This document shows positions 49,438-57,316 of a stretch of DNA of 61,723 nt, in pieces. The stretch lies in assembly GCA_964448115.1 (NCBI GenBank), contig CAYUVA010000024.1, positions 1 through 61,723 on the forward strand, given 5' to 3'. A program made the translations under genes and the position numbers. Within the stretch, counting starts at the first letter, position 1, and every line of letters starts with the position of its first letter. Origin of the DNA: an uncultured bacterium (GTDB lineage: Bacteria; CAYUVA01). The notes under the pieces were generated by a model, which was given only the letters and a program-made list of their open reading frames with translations, had not been told where the DNA came from and made no database searches.

Positions 49438-50928
49438 ATGATCGATCTATTCACCCAGCAACCTGAATGCAAGAAACTACATAACAATCCCTCAATCAAT
49501 GAACTTCGCAAGATGGCTGAGTTCGAGGAGAGAACCACCGAGTTTGGAAGCGCTAGCTACAATTCGATAGTCATGTCTCGCTCGGCAAAGTTCACCCAGT
49601 ATGACATGGATGGCTTCACTCCCGAACACCAAAAGATCATCGACCAAGTGCTCGAGTATGTGAAAAAGTTCCCCATGATCCAGCTCGATAGGGTAATGTG
49701 CCAGCATCCAGCTATGAGGATCAAGGCTCGCTACTTCGTAACCCGCCGCTTTGCCCGCATCCCGTTCATGTGGGGACAATCCCTGCTTGAAGGGGATGCC
49801 AGCCAAACCCCGGATATGATCACCTTCCATGTCCCGGAATGGCATCAACGAATGGTCTTGCTGGATGCGTCCCGGAACATCACCTTTGTCCTGGGCACCG
49901 ACTACATGGGCGAGATAAAGAAATCCTTTCTGAGGATGGGGATGTGGATCGCCAAACAAAAGGGTCTGCTTGGACTACACGCCGGCAGTAAGCTGATCAA
50001 CATCAAGGATGATAATGGCAGGATGACCGCAAAGGGTGCCTTGTTCTTCGGGCTTTCTGGAACCGGCAAGACAACCCTGACCTGCCACCACCACCGACTG
50101 GAGGGAGGCGAGGGAGTGAGCATCCGCCAGGATGATGTGGTCTTCATGAATACCGATGGATACTGTTATGGCACCGAGCAGAACTTTTATATCAAGACAG
50201 AGGGTTTGGAAAAGCAAGGACAACCAGTGCTTTACTCGGCGACGGTAACTCCCCGAGCTGCCCTGGAGAATATCTATGTAACCCCAGATGGCAAGGTCGA
50301 TTTCTTGAACTATGAGATCAGCAAGAATGGAAGAGCCATGGTGCATAGAGCCGACATGGCTTATACAGATGATGAGATCGACCTGGAAAAGGCGCACCTG
50401 ATTTTCTACATCACAAGGCACTTCGACATAGTTCCCCCAGTCATCAAGCTCACCCCGGAACAAGGGGCAGCGTTTTTTATGCTCGGTGAATCGATCGAGA
50501 CCGCGGCTGGCGACCCAACCAAAGCCGGCAAGGCTGTGAGAGTTGTGGGCACAAATCCCTTTATCGTAGGAGATCCTGCCGAGGAGGGAAACTGGATGCA
50601 GAGATTCCTAAAGGAAAATCCTGATATCGAGTGCTTCATACTCAACACAGGATATGTCGGCGGCGAGGGGAATCAGAAGATCACCATCTACGATTCGACC
50701 GAGATCATCAAGCAGATCGCCCTTGGCAAGGTAACCTGGAAGAAAGACCCCGAATGGGGATACCTGGTGCCGGAACATATCCCCAATGTCGATGTGCAGC
50801 GACTAGATCCCAGAAGATATTACACAAAAGAGGAATACCAACAGCGCACTGAGAAACTGCGACAGGATCGCAGAGCCTACCTGAGAAAGTTTGACAATCT
50901 CAATCCGCAGATAATCGAGTCGGTCTGA
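49438..50928 (+). CDS. pckA: phosphoenolpyruvate carboxykinase (ATP)
   Basis: GTDYMGEIKKS, LHAG, FFGLSGTGKTTL, QDD, NGRA, NPF, NTG. Confidence 0.92.
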   Translation: MIDLFTQQPECKKLHNNPSINELRKMAEFEERTTEFGSASYNSIVMSRSAKFTQYDMDGFTPEHQKIIDQVLEYVKKFPMIQLDRVMCQHPAMRIKARYFVTRRFARIPFMWGQSLLEGDASQTPDMITFHVPEWHQRMVLLDASRNITFVLGTDYMGEIKKSFLRMGMWIAKQKGLLGLHAGSKLINIKDDNGRMTAKGALFFGLSGTGKTTLTCHHHRLEGGEGVSIRQDDVVFMNTDGYCYGTEQNFYIKTEGLEKQGQPVLYSATVTPRAALENIYVTPDGKVDFLNYEISKNGRAMVHRADMAYTDDEIDLEKAHLIFYITRHFDIVPPVIKLTPEQGAAFFMLGESIETAAGDPTKAGKAVRVVGTNPFIVGDPAEEGNWMQRFLKENPDIECFILNTGYVGGEGNQKITIYDSTEIIKQIALGKVTWKKDPEWGYLVPEHIPNVDVQRLDPRRYYTKEEYQQRTEKLRQDRRAYLRKFDNLNPQIIESV

Positions 50929-51101
50929 ATAAACTTATATCTCAATAAGTCCAGACAGATTGATGCTAGATAACAACTAGCCGGTGTGGTGTTGCCTAAA
51001 AAATTAAAAATAAATGACGGCGCCTTAGGACTTAATACACCTCCAGTACAAGGCTCTGCCGTTCTTGATATCATTGCCAATCAGAGTCATGAATACCAAT
51101 G

Positions 51102-51299
51102 TTATCTTGACCTTTTCCTCGTTGCCTTAGCCATCTTTTTTCTAGCAGCCTCGGCTTTCTTTTTTCTTCTTACGCTGGGTTTCTCATAGTGTTCCCGGCG
51201 CTTTATCTCGGAGATGATGCCTGCTTCTTCAACCCGCCTTTTGAATCTCTTCAGGGCTACCTCTAAAGGCTCATCCTTTTCTACGGTAACTTCAACCAT
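51102..51299 (-). CDS. rpsU: 30S ribosomal protein S21
   Basis: [27 protein letters not shown] upstream. Confidence 0.97.
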   Translation of the reverse strand: MVEVTVEKDEPLEVALKRFKRRVEEAGIISEIKRREHYEKPSVRRKKKAEAARKKMAKATRKRSR

Positions 51300-51598
51300 T
51301 AAGTCATGTACACCTCCTATCTACCGATTTTTCATTTCAACTCGCTGCCGTTTCCAATTGGCAGCCATGCATAAGGAACCAAGATTCGCTTCTCATCAAG
51401 GCACTTTTACCCTAAAGGATCTTGCATATATCCCTAACACTATACTAATAACACATTAATAAAATTTAGTCAAACACAAAGTGTAATCCTTTTATCGAGA
51501 ATTTTCCTTCTTATCCAGGAAAATTCAATCGGTATCTTGAGATCGTTCAAGAAAAGTATTATTTTATCTATAAAGGGTTATCCCTTTATCCTGAGTGT

Positions 51599-52549
51599 AT
51601 GTTAAAAAAAGAGGACGACAGGGCGTGCATTCTTATAGTAGATGACACCAAGGACCATCTCGATCTGCTGCACCGTATCTTAAAAAAAGAGTATCGTGTT
51701 CTCTGCACCCAGGATGGAAAAGAGGCGCTGGAGGTTCTCAAGCCCGAGAAACCCAACCTGATCCTGATGGATATTATGATGCCAGAGCTTGATGGAATGG
51801 AAACCCTCAAGATCATCAAACAAGACGCCTCGATAAGACATATACCGGTGATCATGCTCTCTGCCAGGGGAGATATAAGTTCCCGAGTAAAGTGCCTGGA
51901 GATCGGTGCGGTGGATTTTATATGCAAGCCGTTTGACGCAAGAGAAGTCAGAGCCAGGGTAGCTGCCCAGATCAGGCAATTCGATGACCAGTACTATGCA
52001 AATCCGCTCACCGGCTTGCCTGGTAATGTGGTAATCGAACATGAGATCAACCGCTGGATCGAGCAGGGAAAGATATTTGCCTTCTGCTATATCGACATGG
52101 ATAACTTCAAGGCTTATAACGATTACTATGGATTCGACGCCGGGGACAAGCTTATACTGTTTCTAAAGACCATTCTTCTCGAAGCAAAACATCAAGTCGG
52201 AAATACTTATGATTTTGTGGGGCATGTGGGAGGGGATGACTTCGTTTACATTACAGATTTCAAGAAGGTAGATAGGCTCTGCAAATACATAATAAAACAG
52301 TTCGATCAACAGGTGGAGGAGTACTATCACCCGGATGACAGAAAAAAAGGTTACATAGAGACGCTAAATAGACAAAGAAAGATAGAGAGATACCCTTTCA
52401 TCTCCCTTTCAATAGCGGTAAGCACCAACAACTACCGTCCAATCAAGGATCACCGCGAAGTCTCCAAGGTCATCTCCGAGGTGAAGATCAAGCTGAAAAG
52501 CACCGAGGGGAGCAATTATGAGATCGATCGCAGAAAAACAGGTGATTAA
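51599..52549 (+). CDS. response regulator diguanylate cyclase (REC plus GGDEF)
   Basis: IVDD, LMDIMMP, KPF; NPLTGLPGN, DMDNFKAYND, GGDDF. Confidence 0.92.
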   Translation: MLKKEDDRACILIVDDTKDHLDLLHRILKKEYRVLCTQDGKEALEVLKPEKPNLILMDIMMPELDGMETLKIIKQDASIRHIPVIMLSARGDISSRVKCLEIGAVDFICKPFDAREVRARVAAQIRQFDDQYYANPLTGLPGNVVIEHEINRWIEQGKIFAFCYIDMDNFKAYNDYYGFDAGDKLILFLKTILLEAKHQVGNTYDFVGHVGGDDFVYITDFKKVDRLCKYIIKQFDQQVEEYYHPDDRKKGYIETLNRQRKIERYPFISLSIAVSTNNYRPIKDHREVSKVISEVKIKLKSTEGSNYEIDRRKTGD

Positions 52550-52573
52550 ACATTAAGTACATTTAGAACCGTT

Positions 52574-53101
52574 ATGACCGATATAAACCAGGATCCTCAC
52601 CCCGCTGATAAACATTACTTCTGGAAGAAAAACCGCCTGGTTCACCAGAGAGACAGAGACCTCTACTACCAGGATGCGATCAGCCTTTTGGAAGATCTAC
52701 TTGAACGATACGATCAGATACTAGCACAGGATGAGGGAAGAAAAGACCTGATGGAGTTCGTTGATCGCATCATCGAGGCTTTTGAGCTGGCACTGGAACA
52801 CGCTCAGATGGCAAAGGGCGGCTGCTTCCATGAGATTCCCGGGGTGATCGAACCGGTGGAGCTTGTCTATGTCGATTATCTCAAGACCCTCTATTCAAGC
52901 ATCAAGAACATAAAGAGCTATTTTAGACATGGCGAGCTGCTAAGAAAACTGGAAAAGAGCGAGAAAAGCCTGCCAGCCAACCTTCGCCGGTACCTTGCAA
53001 AAAACAAAGAATTAGATGAAGAACTGGTAAAATTGAGCCTGCAAGCACTGAAGGACCGCATCGAGCTTTTCGATGGCGCAATAAGGCTGGAGAAGCTATA
53101 G
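52574..53101 (+). CDS. hypothetical protein (helical, charged)
   Basis: 175-aa ORF co-oriented 24 nt after the cyclase; no family recognised. Confidence 0.75.
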   Translation: MTDINQDPHPADKHYFWKKNRLVHQRDRDLYYQDAISLLEDLLERYDQILAQDEGRKDLMEFVDRIIEAFELALEHAQMAKGGCFHEIPGVIEPVELVYVDYLKTLYSSIKNIKSYFRHGELLRKLEKSEKSLPANLRRYLAKNKELDEELVKLSLQALKDRIELFDGAIRLEKL

Positions 53102-53202
53102 GGATTAAAACTTCCCATAATCTAAATCCCCACCCATTAACACAATAAATCTTCTTACGGTTTTTGTTAATTACTTGGAATCTTTCTGATATACTAAGTA
53201 AG

Positions 53203-54360
53203 ATGGAAAATCGTAGAAATACAGAAACAGATAATAAATTAGACTCCCAACGAACTAAGAAATATAACAGCATAAAGTTCATCCTATCCCTTGTCCGATA
53301 TACCTTGACCATCATGTTCATCCTGTTGGTGCTAAAGTCTGGGGCTGCTGTCGGCATGGTCAATCTTGGATGGTTGCTGTTCGATAATCGATACCTCGTA
53401 TTGCTCGCTTATATTGCCATTCTCGCCATATCGGAGTTCATCGTTTTCCTCCCTTTATCCTATTACAGTGACTATCTGCTCGAGATCGAGTACGGACTTA
53501 GCAATCTGACCAGGGCTGGATGGCTATGGAGGAAGCTGAAGGAGACCGCTGTTTCGTTGGTGATCATCGCCCCTTTCTCTGTGGTGCTTTATTTTTTTCT
53601 GCGCAAGTTCCACAACGATTGGTGGATTCCGGTCGCAGCCATCTATTTCGTGTTCACCGTTGTATTGAATCGTATCTTTCCTACGCTCATCTTTCCCCTA
53701 TTTTACAGGGTAACGCCTATCCAGGATCACCAGCTCGCCGAACAGATCAAGGCTCTTTGCGATAAGGAGGGCGTGGATATCGAGGGTGTTTACTCGTTCA
53801 ACCTAAGCTCGAGCACTCGTCGAGCCAATGCAGCCCTGGTCGGCTGGGGAAAGAAGCGTCGCATCATTATCTCAGATACACTGCTTGAGAAGTTCGAGCA
53901 TGAGGAGATACTATCGGTTCTGGCACACGAACTGGGACACTATGTGGGAAGACACACAGCAAAGTTGACCGTAATAAGCGGCATCTTTATCGTCATGGCC
54001 ATGTTCTTCTGTGCCTATCTGCATAAAAGAACAATCAGCTTCTTCGGTTTCCAATCGGTCGATGAACTCGCCTCGATTCCACTTATGGCTCTATACCTAC
54101 TGTTATTCAGCATCCTGGTCATGCCATTTCAAAATGCTGTCTCAAGGGCAATGGAGCGATGGTCGGATCGTTATGCATTGAAACAGGGACCCGCTGCCTG
54201 GCATTTTATCTCAGCGATGGAGAAACTGATGGAGCTGAACCTGGAGGTATCAAGCCCCAATCCGCTGATTGTCCTGATATTCTACAGCCACCCTCCGATC
54301 TCACAGCGGATCGAAATGGCGAGACGCTTTGACAATAAAAAAACACAGGAAGTGCCATAA
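53203..54360 (+). CDS. M48 family membrane metallopeptidase (Ste24-like)
   Basis: ANAAL.G.G...RI...DTLL, LAHELGH, SR..E..SD, YSHPP...RI; start moved to the ATG at 53203. Confidence 0.92.
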   Translation: MENRRNTETDNKLDSQRTKKYNSIKFILSLVRYTLTIMFILLVLKSGAAVGMVNLGWLLFDNRYLVLLAYIAILAISEFIVFLPLSYYSDYLLEIEYGLSNLTRAGWLWRKLKETAVSLVIIAPFSVVLYFFLRKFHNDWWIPVAAIYFVFTVVLNRIFPTLIFPLFYRVTPIQDHQLAEQIKALCDKEGVDIEGVYSFNLSSSTRRANAALVGWGKKRRIIISDTLLEKFEHEEILSVLAHELGHYVGRHTAKLTVISGIFIVMAMFFCAYLHKRTISFFGFQSVDELASIPLMALYLLLFSILVMPFQNAVSRAMERWSDRYALKQGPAAWHFISAMEKLMELNLEVSSPNPLIVLIFYSHPPISQRIEMARRFDNKKTQEVP

Positions 54361-54381
54361 TGACCCTATAAGAAGGGTATC

Positions 54382-55917
54382 TTGAGCAGAGAAAAAAACA
54401 CTCCCAGGTACTATCTATTTCCCTCATTAGGGAGCCTGTTATTTATCATTATGCTATTGATGGGGCTTTCCTCGATACAGAGCTATGATTTATTCTGGCA
54501 TCTGGCTACAGGTGAATTTATAGTTAATAATTGGGCAATCCCCGACAGCGATCCCTTCAGCTTCACCATGCAGGGTGAACCTTGGATAGCACACGAATGG
54601 CTTAGCGATCTGATCTTCTATGTTGTTTATAGCTTAGATCGAGTAGATTACTCGGGGATCATACTGCTAAAGGGATTGATCATAGCATTAACCTATCGCC
54701 TGCTGTTTGCTGGAATAAGAAAACGATTAGGCGCTCTTATGTCATTTATTGTGGTGTTCTGGTCAGCGGTATTGGGGTATGAGGTCTGGTCGGAGCGACC
54801 GCAGATCTTTTCCTTGCTATTGTTCGTTGTCCTTTTGCGCATGCTTGATGGAGATGATCGCCTCGGCAATAAAAAGTTGTTGTGGGTGCCATTGTTAATG
54901 GCATTGTGGGCGAACTTGCATGGTGGTTGGATATACGGTGCCATGCTGGTGGTTTTTTATGTGCTCTGCGAATCATGGAGGGTGTTCTCCCAAAAAAGCA
55001 ATAATTCCGTATTGAACAGGCTGAGACATCCTGGCGTTTTGCTTTTTGGATGTGGTATCGCCACTATGATAAGTCCTTATGGTATAAGAAATACCTTATA
55101 TCCGCTGCAATACTTGGGGGAGACTGCACACAAGCTTTACCTTACCGAGTGGTGGTCGCCATCTTTCCCTGAGGAATGGGCATTGCTTATCTCCATGATC
55201 GGCATATTTGTAATACTTTCTTTCAGGCGCTACAAGGGGGGGCTATTCCCCTTTATTATTTTATTAGCCAGCCTAATGTTGACTCTCGACTCGATCAGGC
55301 ATATAGGTATCCTCGGCTTGTGCCTCGCCTGGTGGTTGTCGAGGGTAATCAAGGGATTCGGCTCTGCATCGCCGAAAGCAAGGCTCACGGCACGAATAAC
55401 CAAGATGCTTGATAATATCGAAAGAAATGAATCTGCGCTGAGATCCGGCTTCTGGGAGACGATTTGTATATTGATTGTGATCCTTTGCTATGTATTCTCT
55501 TGTCCGCTAAAGGGGATTATGTTGCCAGGTGGCATTGAAAGAGGGCTTGTTCCCGAGGATGGGATAAGATTTATAAATGAGCAACTGGAGCCAGAAGCTC
55601 GTATCCTCAATTTCTATGCTTGGGGCGGCGAGATCATCTGGATGACCGAGCACAAGGTCTTCATCGATGGCAGAGCGGACCTATACTCGGATAAGTTATT
55701 GCCCAATTATATGCGGATTATGGGAGTACACCAGGGCTGGGAGGAGCTTCTCGATGATTACGAGGTTACACATATCTTCATTCCCAAAGAGTGCACCCTA
55801 TCCGATGTGCTTGGATATCATCCGAGTTGGAGGATAATCTATGCCGGTGAACACTCCATCTTGTATGCTCGAGCTGATCCAGGTCCAATGAATGGATCCC
55901 TGATGGGCGAGAATTAG
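54382..55917 (+). CDS. GT-C-like multi-TM protein
   Basis: DLFWHLATG, DPFSFT, W..HEWL, ERPQ, WANLHGG, EW.SP, FIDGRADLY. Confidence 0.7.
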   Translation: MSREKNTPRYYLFPSLGSLLFIIMLLMGLSSIQSYDLFWHLATGEFIVNNWAIPDSDPFSFTMQGEPWIAHEWLSDLIFYVVYSLDRVDYSGIILLKGLIIALTYRLLFAGIRKRLGALMSFIVVFWSAVLGYEVWSERPQIFSLLLFVVLLRMLDGDDRLGNKKLLWVPLLMALWANLHGGWIYGAMLVVFYVLCESWRVFSQKSNNSVLNRLRHPGVLLFGCGIATMISPYGIRNTLYPLQYLGETAHKLYLTEWWSPSFPEEWALLISMIGIFVILSFRRYKGGLFPFIILLASLMLTLDSIRHIGILGLCLAWWLSRVIKGFGSASPKARLTARITKMLDNIERNESALRSGFWETICILIVILCYVFSCPLKGIMLPGGIERGLVPEDGIRFINEQLEPEARILNFYAWGGEIIWMTEHKVFIDGRADLYSDKLLPNYMRIMGVHQGWEELLDDYEVTHIFIPKECTLSDVLGYHPSWRIIYAGEHSILYARADPGPMNGSLMGEN

Positions 55918-56936
55918 CTATTTGCAGGCTGTGAAGGAAAGAGCAAGTCAAACTCCTCTTCCACCTGGGCAATGGCGCGGAGCTTCTCTCGCAGGTACTT
56001 TTCAATATCCTTTAGCTCATTTGAATTACCAGGCAGGTCGGTTATCTTGCCAGCAGCCATAATATCATGTCCCCCGCCCCTTCCCATATTCTCAGCCAGG
56101 CTGGCAGCCAACTCACCTGCGTTGTATTGGCGGGACTTGGTGCGCAGCGAGAAGTACATAGTCCCCTGATAGTAACCGGTGGATAGTATGATCGAAATAT
56201 CGCTCATCGGATAGAAAAAGTCCGCGACCTGGGGCACCACATCAGGACTGGATACCTCAGGTAGATGCAATGCCAACAAGCTCCCCGCCTTCAATCCGCT
56301 GTCCAAAGCCATGTCAAGGAAACGATAGTAACCTAATGGTATAGGCGGATTCTCTATCTCGAAGAGGGTGCGCCAATCGACCTGCTTGGCAAGATCTCGA
56401 AATGCTAACTCGGCAGCATCGATCTGATCGAACTGCCTAATATCAGACTTGACCGCATAGAATATAGCTGTCGCCAGGCGGCGGCTGATCGGAACCTCGA
56501 GCATCCTGAAGTACTCCATGACGATCAGGGCTGTAGCCTCGATATCCTCGCGAATATCCTGTATTGAGATACCTTCCATTGATTGGATTATTGGATGATG
56601 GTCGATAACTATATCAACGCCGAGGTTTTCTGGCAAAAGGACATTGCCTCGTTTTGGCTGGCAATCGATCAGAATAAAACAATCATAGTCTTTGTAGGAA
56701 ATGAGCGCTGAATGTTTGAGTGGGATATCCAGTAAGCGCACCAACGCCTGGTTCTCCGCCCTTCCGATCACGCCACTGTAGGTTATAGTGCAGCTTTTAC
56801 CGAGGACGCGATCGATGAGCATTGTCAAGCCAAAGCCGGAGGCTATTGCATCAGGATCCGGATTGTCGTGCAGTATGATAAGTGGACTATATTTCGTTGA
56901 GATAAGATCCATTATCTCATTAACGAGGTGCCTCAT
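55914..56936 (-). CDS. DHH/DHHA1 family phosphoesterase
   Basis: HDNPDPDA, IDCQ, IDHH, SLR, GGGH..AAG. Confidence 0.92.
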   Translation of the reverse strand: MRHLVNEIMDLISTKYSPLIILHDNPDPDAIASGFGLTMLIDRVLGKSCTITYSGVIGRAENQALVRLLDIPLKHSALISYKDYDCFILIDCQPKRGNVLLPENLGVDIVIDHHPIIQSMEGISIQDIREDIEATALIVMEYFRMLEVPISRRLATAIFYAVKSDIRQFDQIDAAELAFRDLAKQVDWRTLFEIENPPIPLGYYRFLDMALDSGLKAGSLLALHLPEVSSPDVVPQVADFFYPMSDISIILSTGYYQGTMYFSLRTKSRQYNAGELAASLAENMGRGGGHDIMAAGKITDLPGNSNELKDIEKYLREKLRAIAQVEEEFDLLFPSQPANS

Positions 56937-56950
56937 TTATCGCTGCCGAT

Positions 56951-57064
56951 TCATTGCTGATAAGGCTCGAAGCTCCCCGAGGAGGAACCGCATAACAGCC
57001 AGGCTTCAGGCAGAGCATCCCCATCAAAGACATATTCGCTTATTGTACAGTGCCACTTATCCAT
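56951..57064 (-). pseudogene. degenerate rubredoxin-like peptide (37 aa)
   Basis: MDKWHCTISEYVFDGDALPEAWLLCGSSSGSFEPYQQ aligns to W.CxxCGY..G..P..CPxCG...F with two of four Cys lost. Confidence 0.6.
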
Positions 57065-57269
57065 CTTTGACCCCATTTAGATGAAAGTTTTGTTTTTTTA
57101 TCTGATAATTTATTTATAATGTTTCTAGACCAGATTGTAATAGCTAAAAAAATAAGGTCAAGGAAAAAATTAAAAAAAATAACAGTGCTAAAGGAACTAA
57201 TGTTTCATAGGGGTTTGCCAATGGCGTTTCTTATGTCGGAACTAAAGTCTGTCAAAGTGCAAGTCCGCG

Positions 57270-57289
57270 ATGAAAAGCGATCTTTTCAT
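57270..57289 (-). terminator. hairpin downstream of the 877-aa gene
   Basis: ATGAAAAG-CGAT-CTTTTCAT perfect stem; no U-tract on the minus strand. Confidence 0.35.
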
Positions 57290-57316
57290 AGATAGCTACA
57301 ACTATATCGCATCAGG

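Noticed and set aside
51344-51365. GCTGCC/GGCAGC hairpin in the rpsU leader, the same stem as in the pckA leader
   Set aside because: A 6-bp stem match is too short to distinguish from chance
51599-52549. Hypr GGDEF (3',3'-cGAMP synthase), suggested by the NPLTGLPGN/GGDDF subfamily
   Set aside because: The specificity position is Asp (NDYYGFDAGD), not Ser, so c-di-GMP synthesis is predicted
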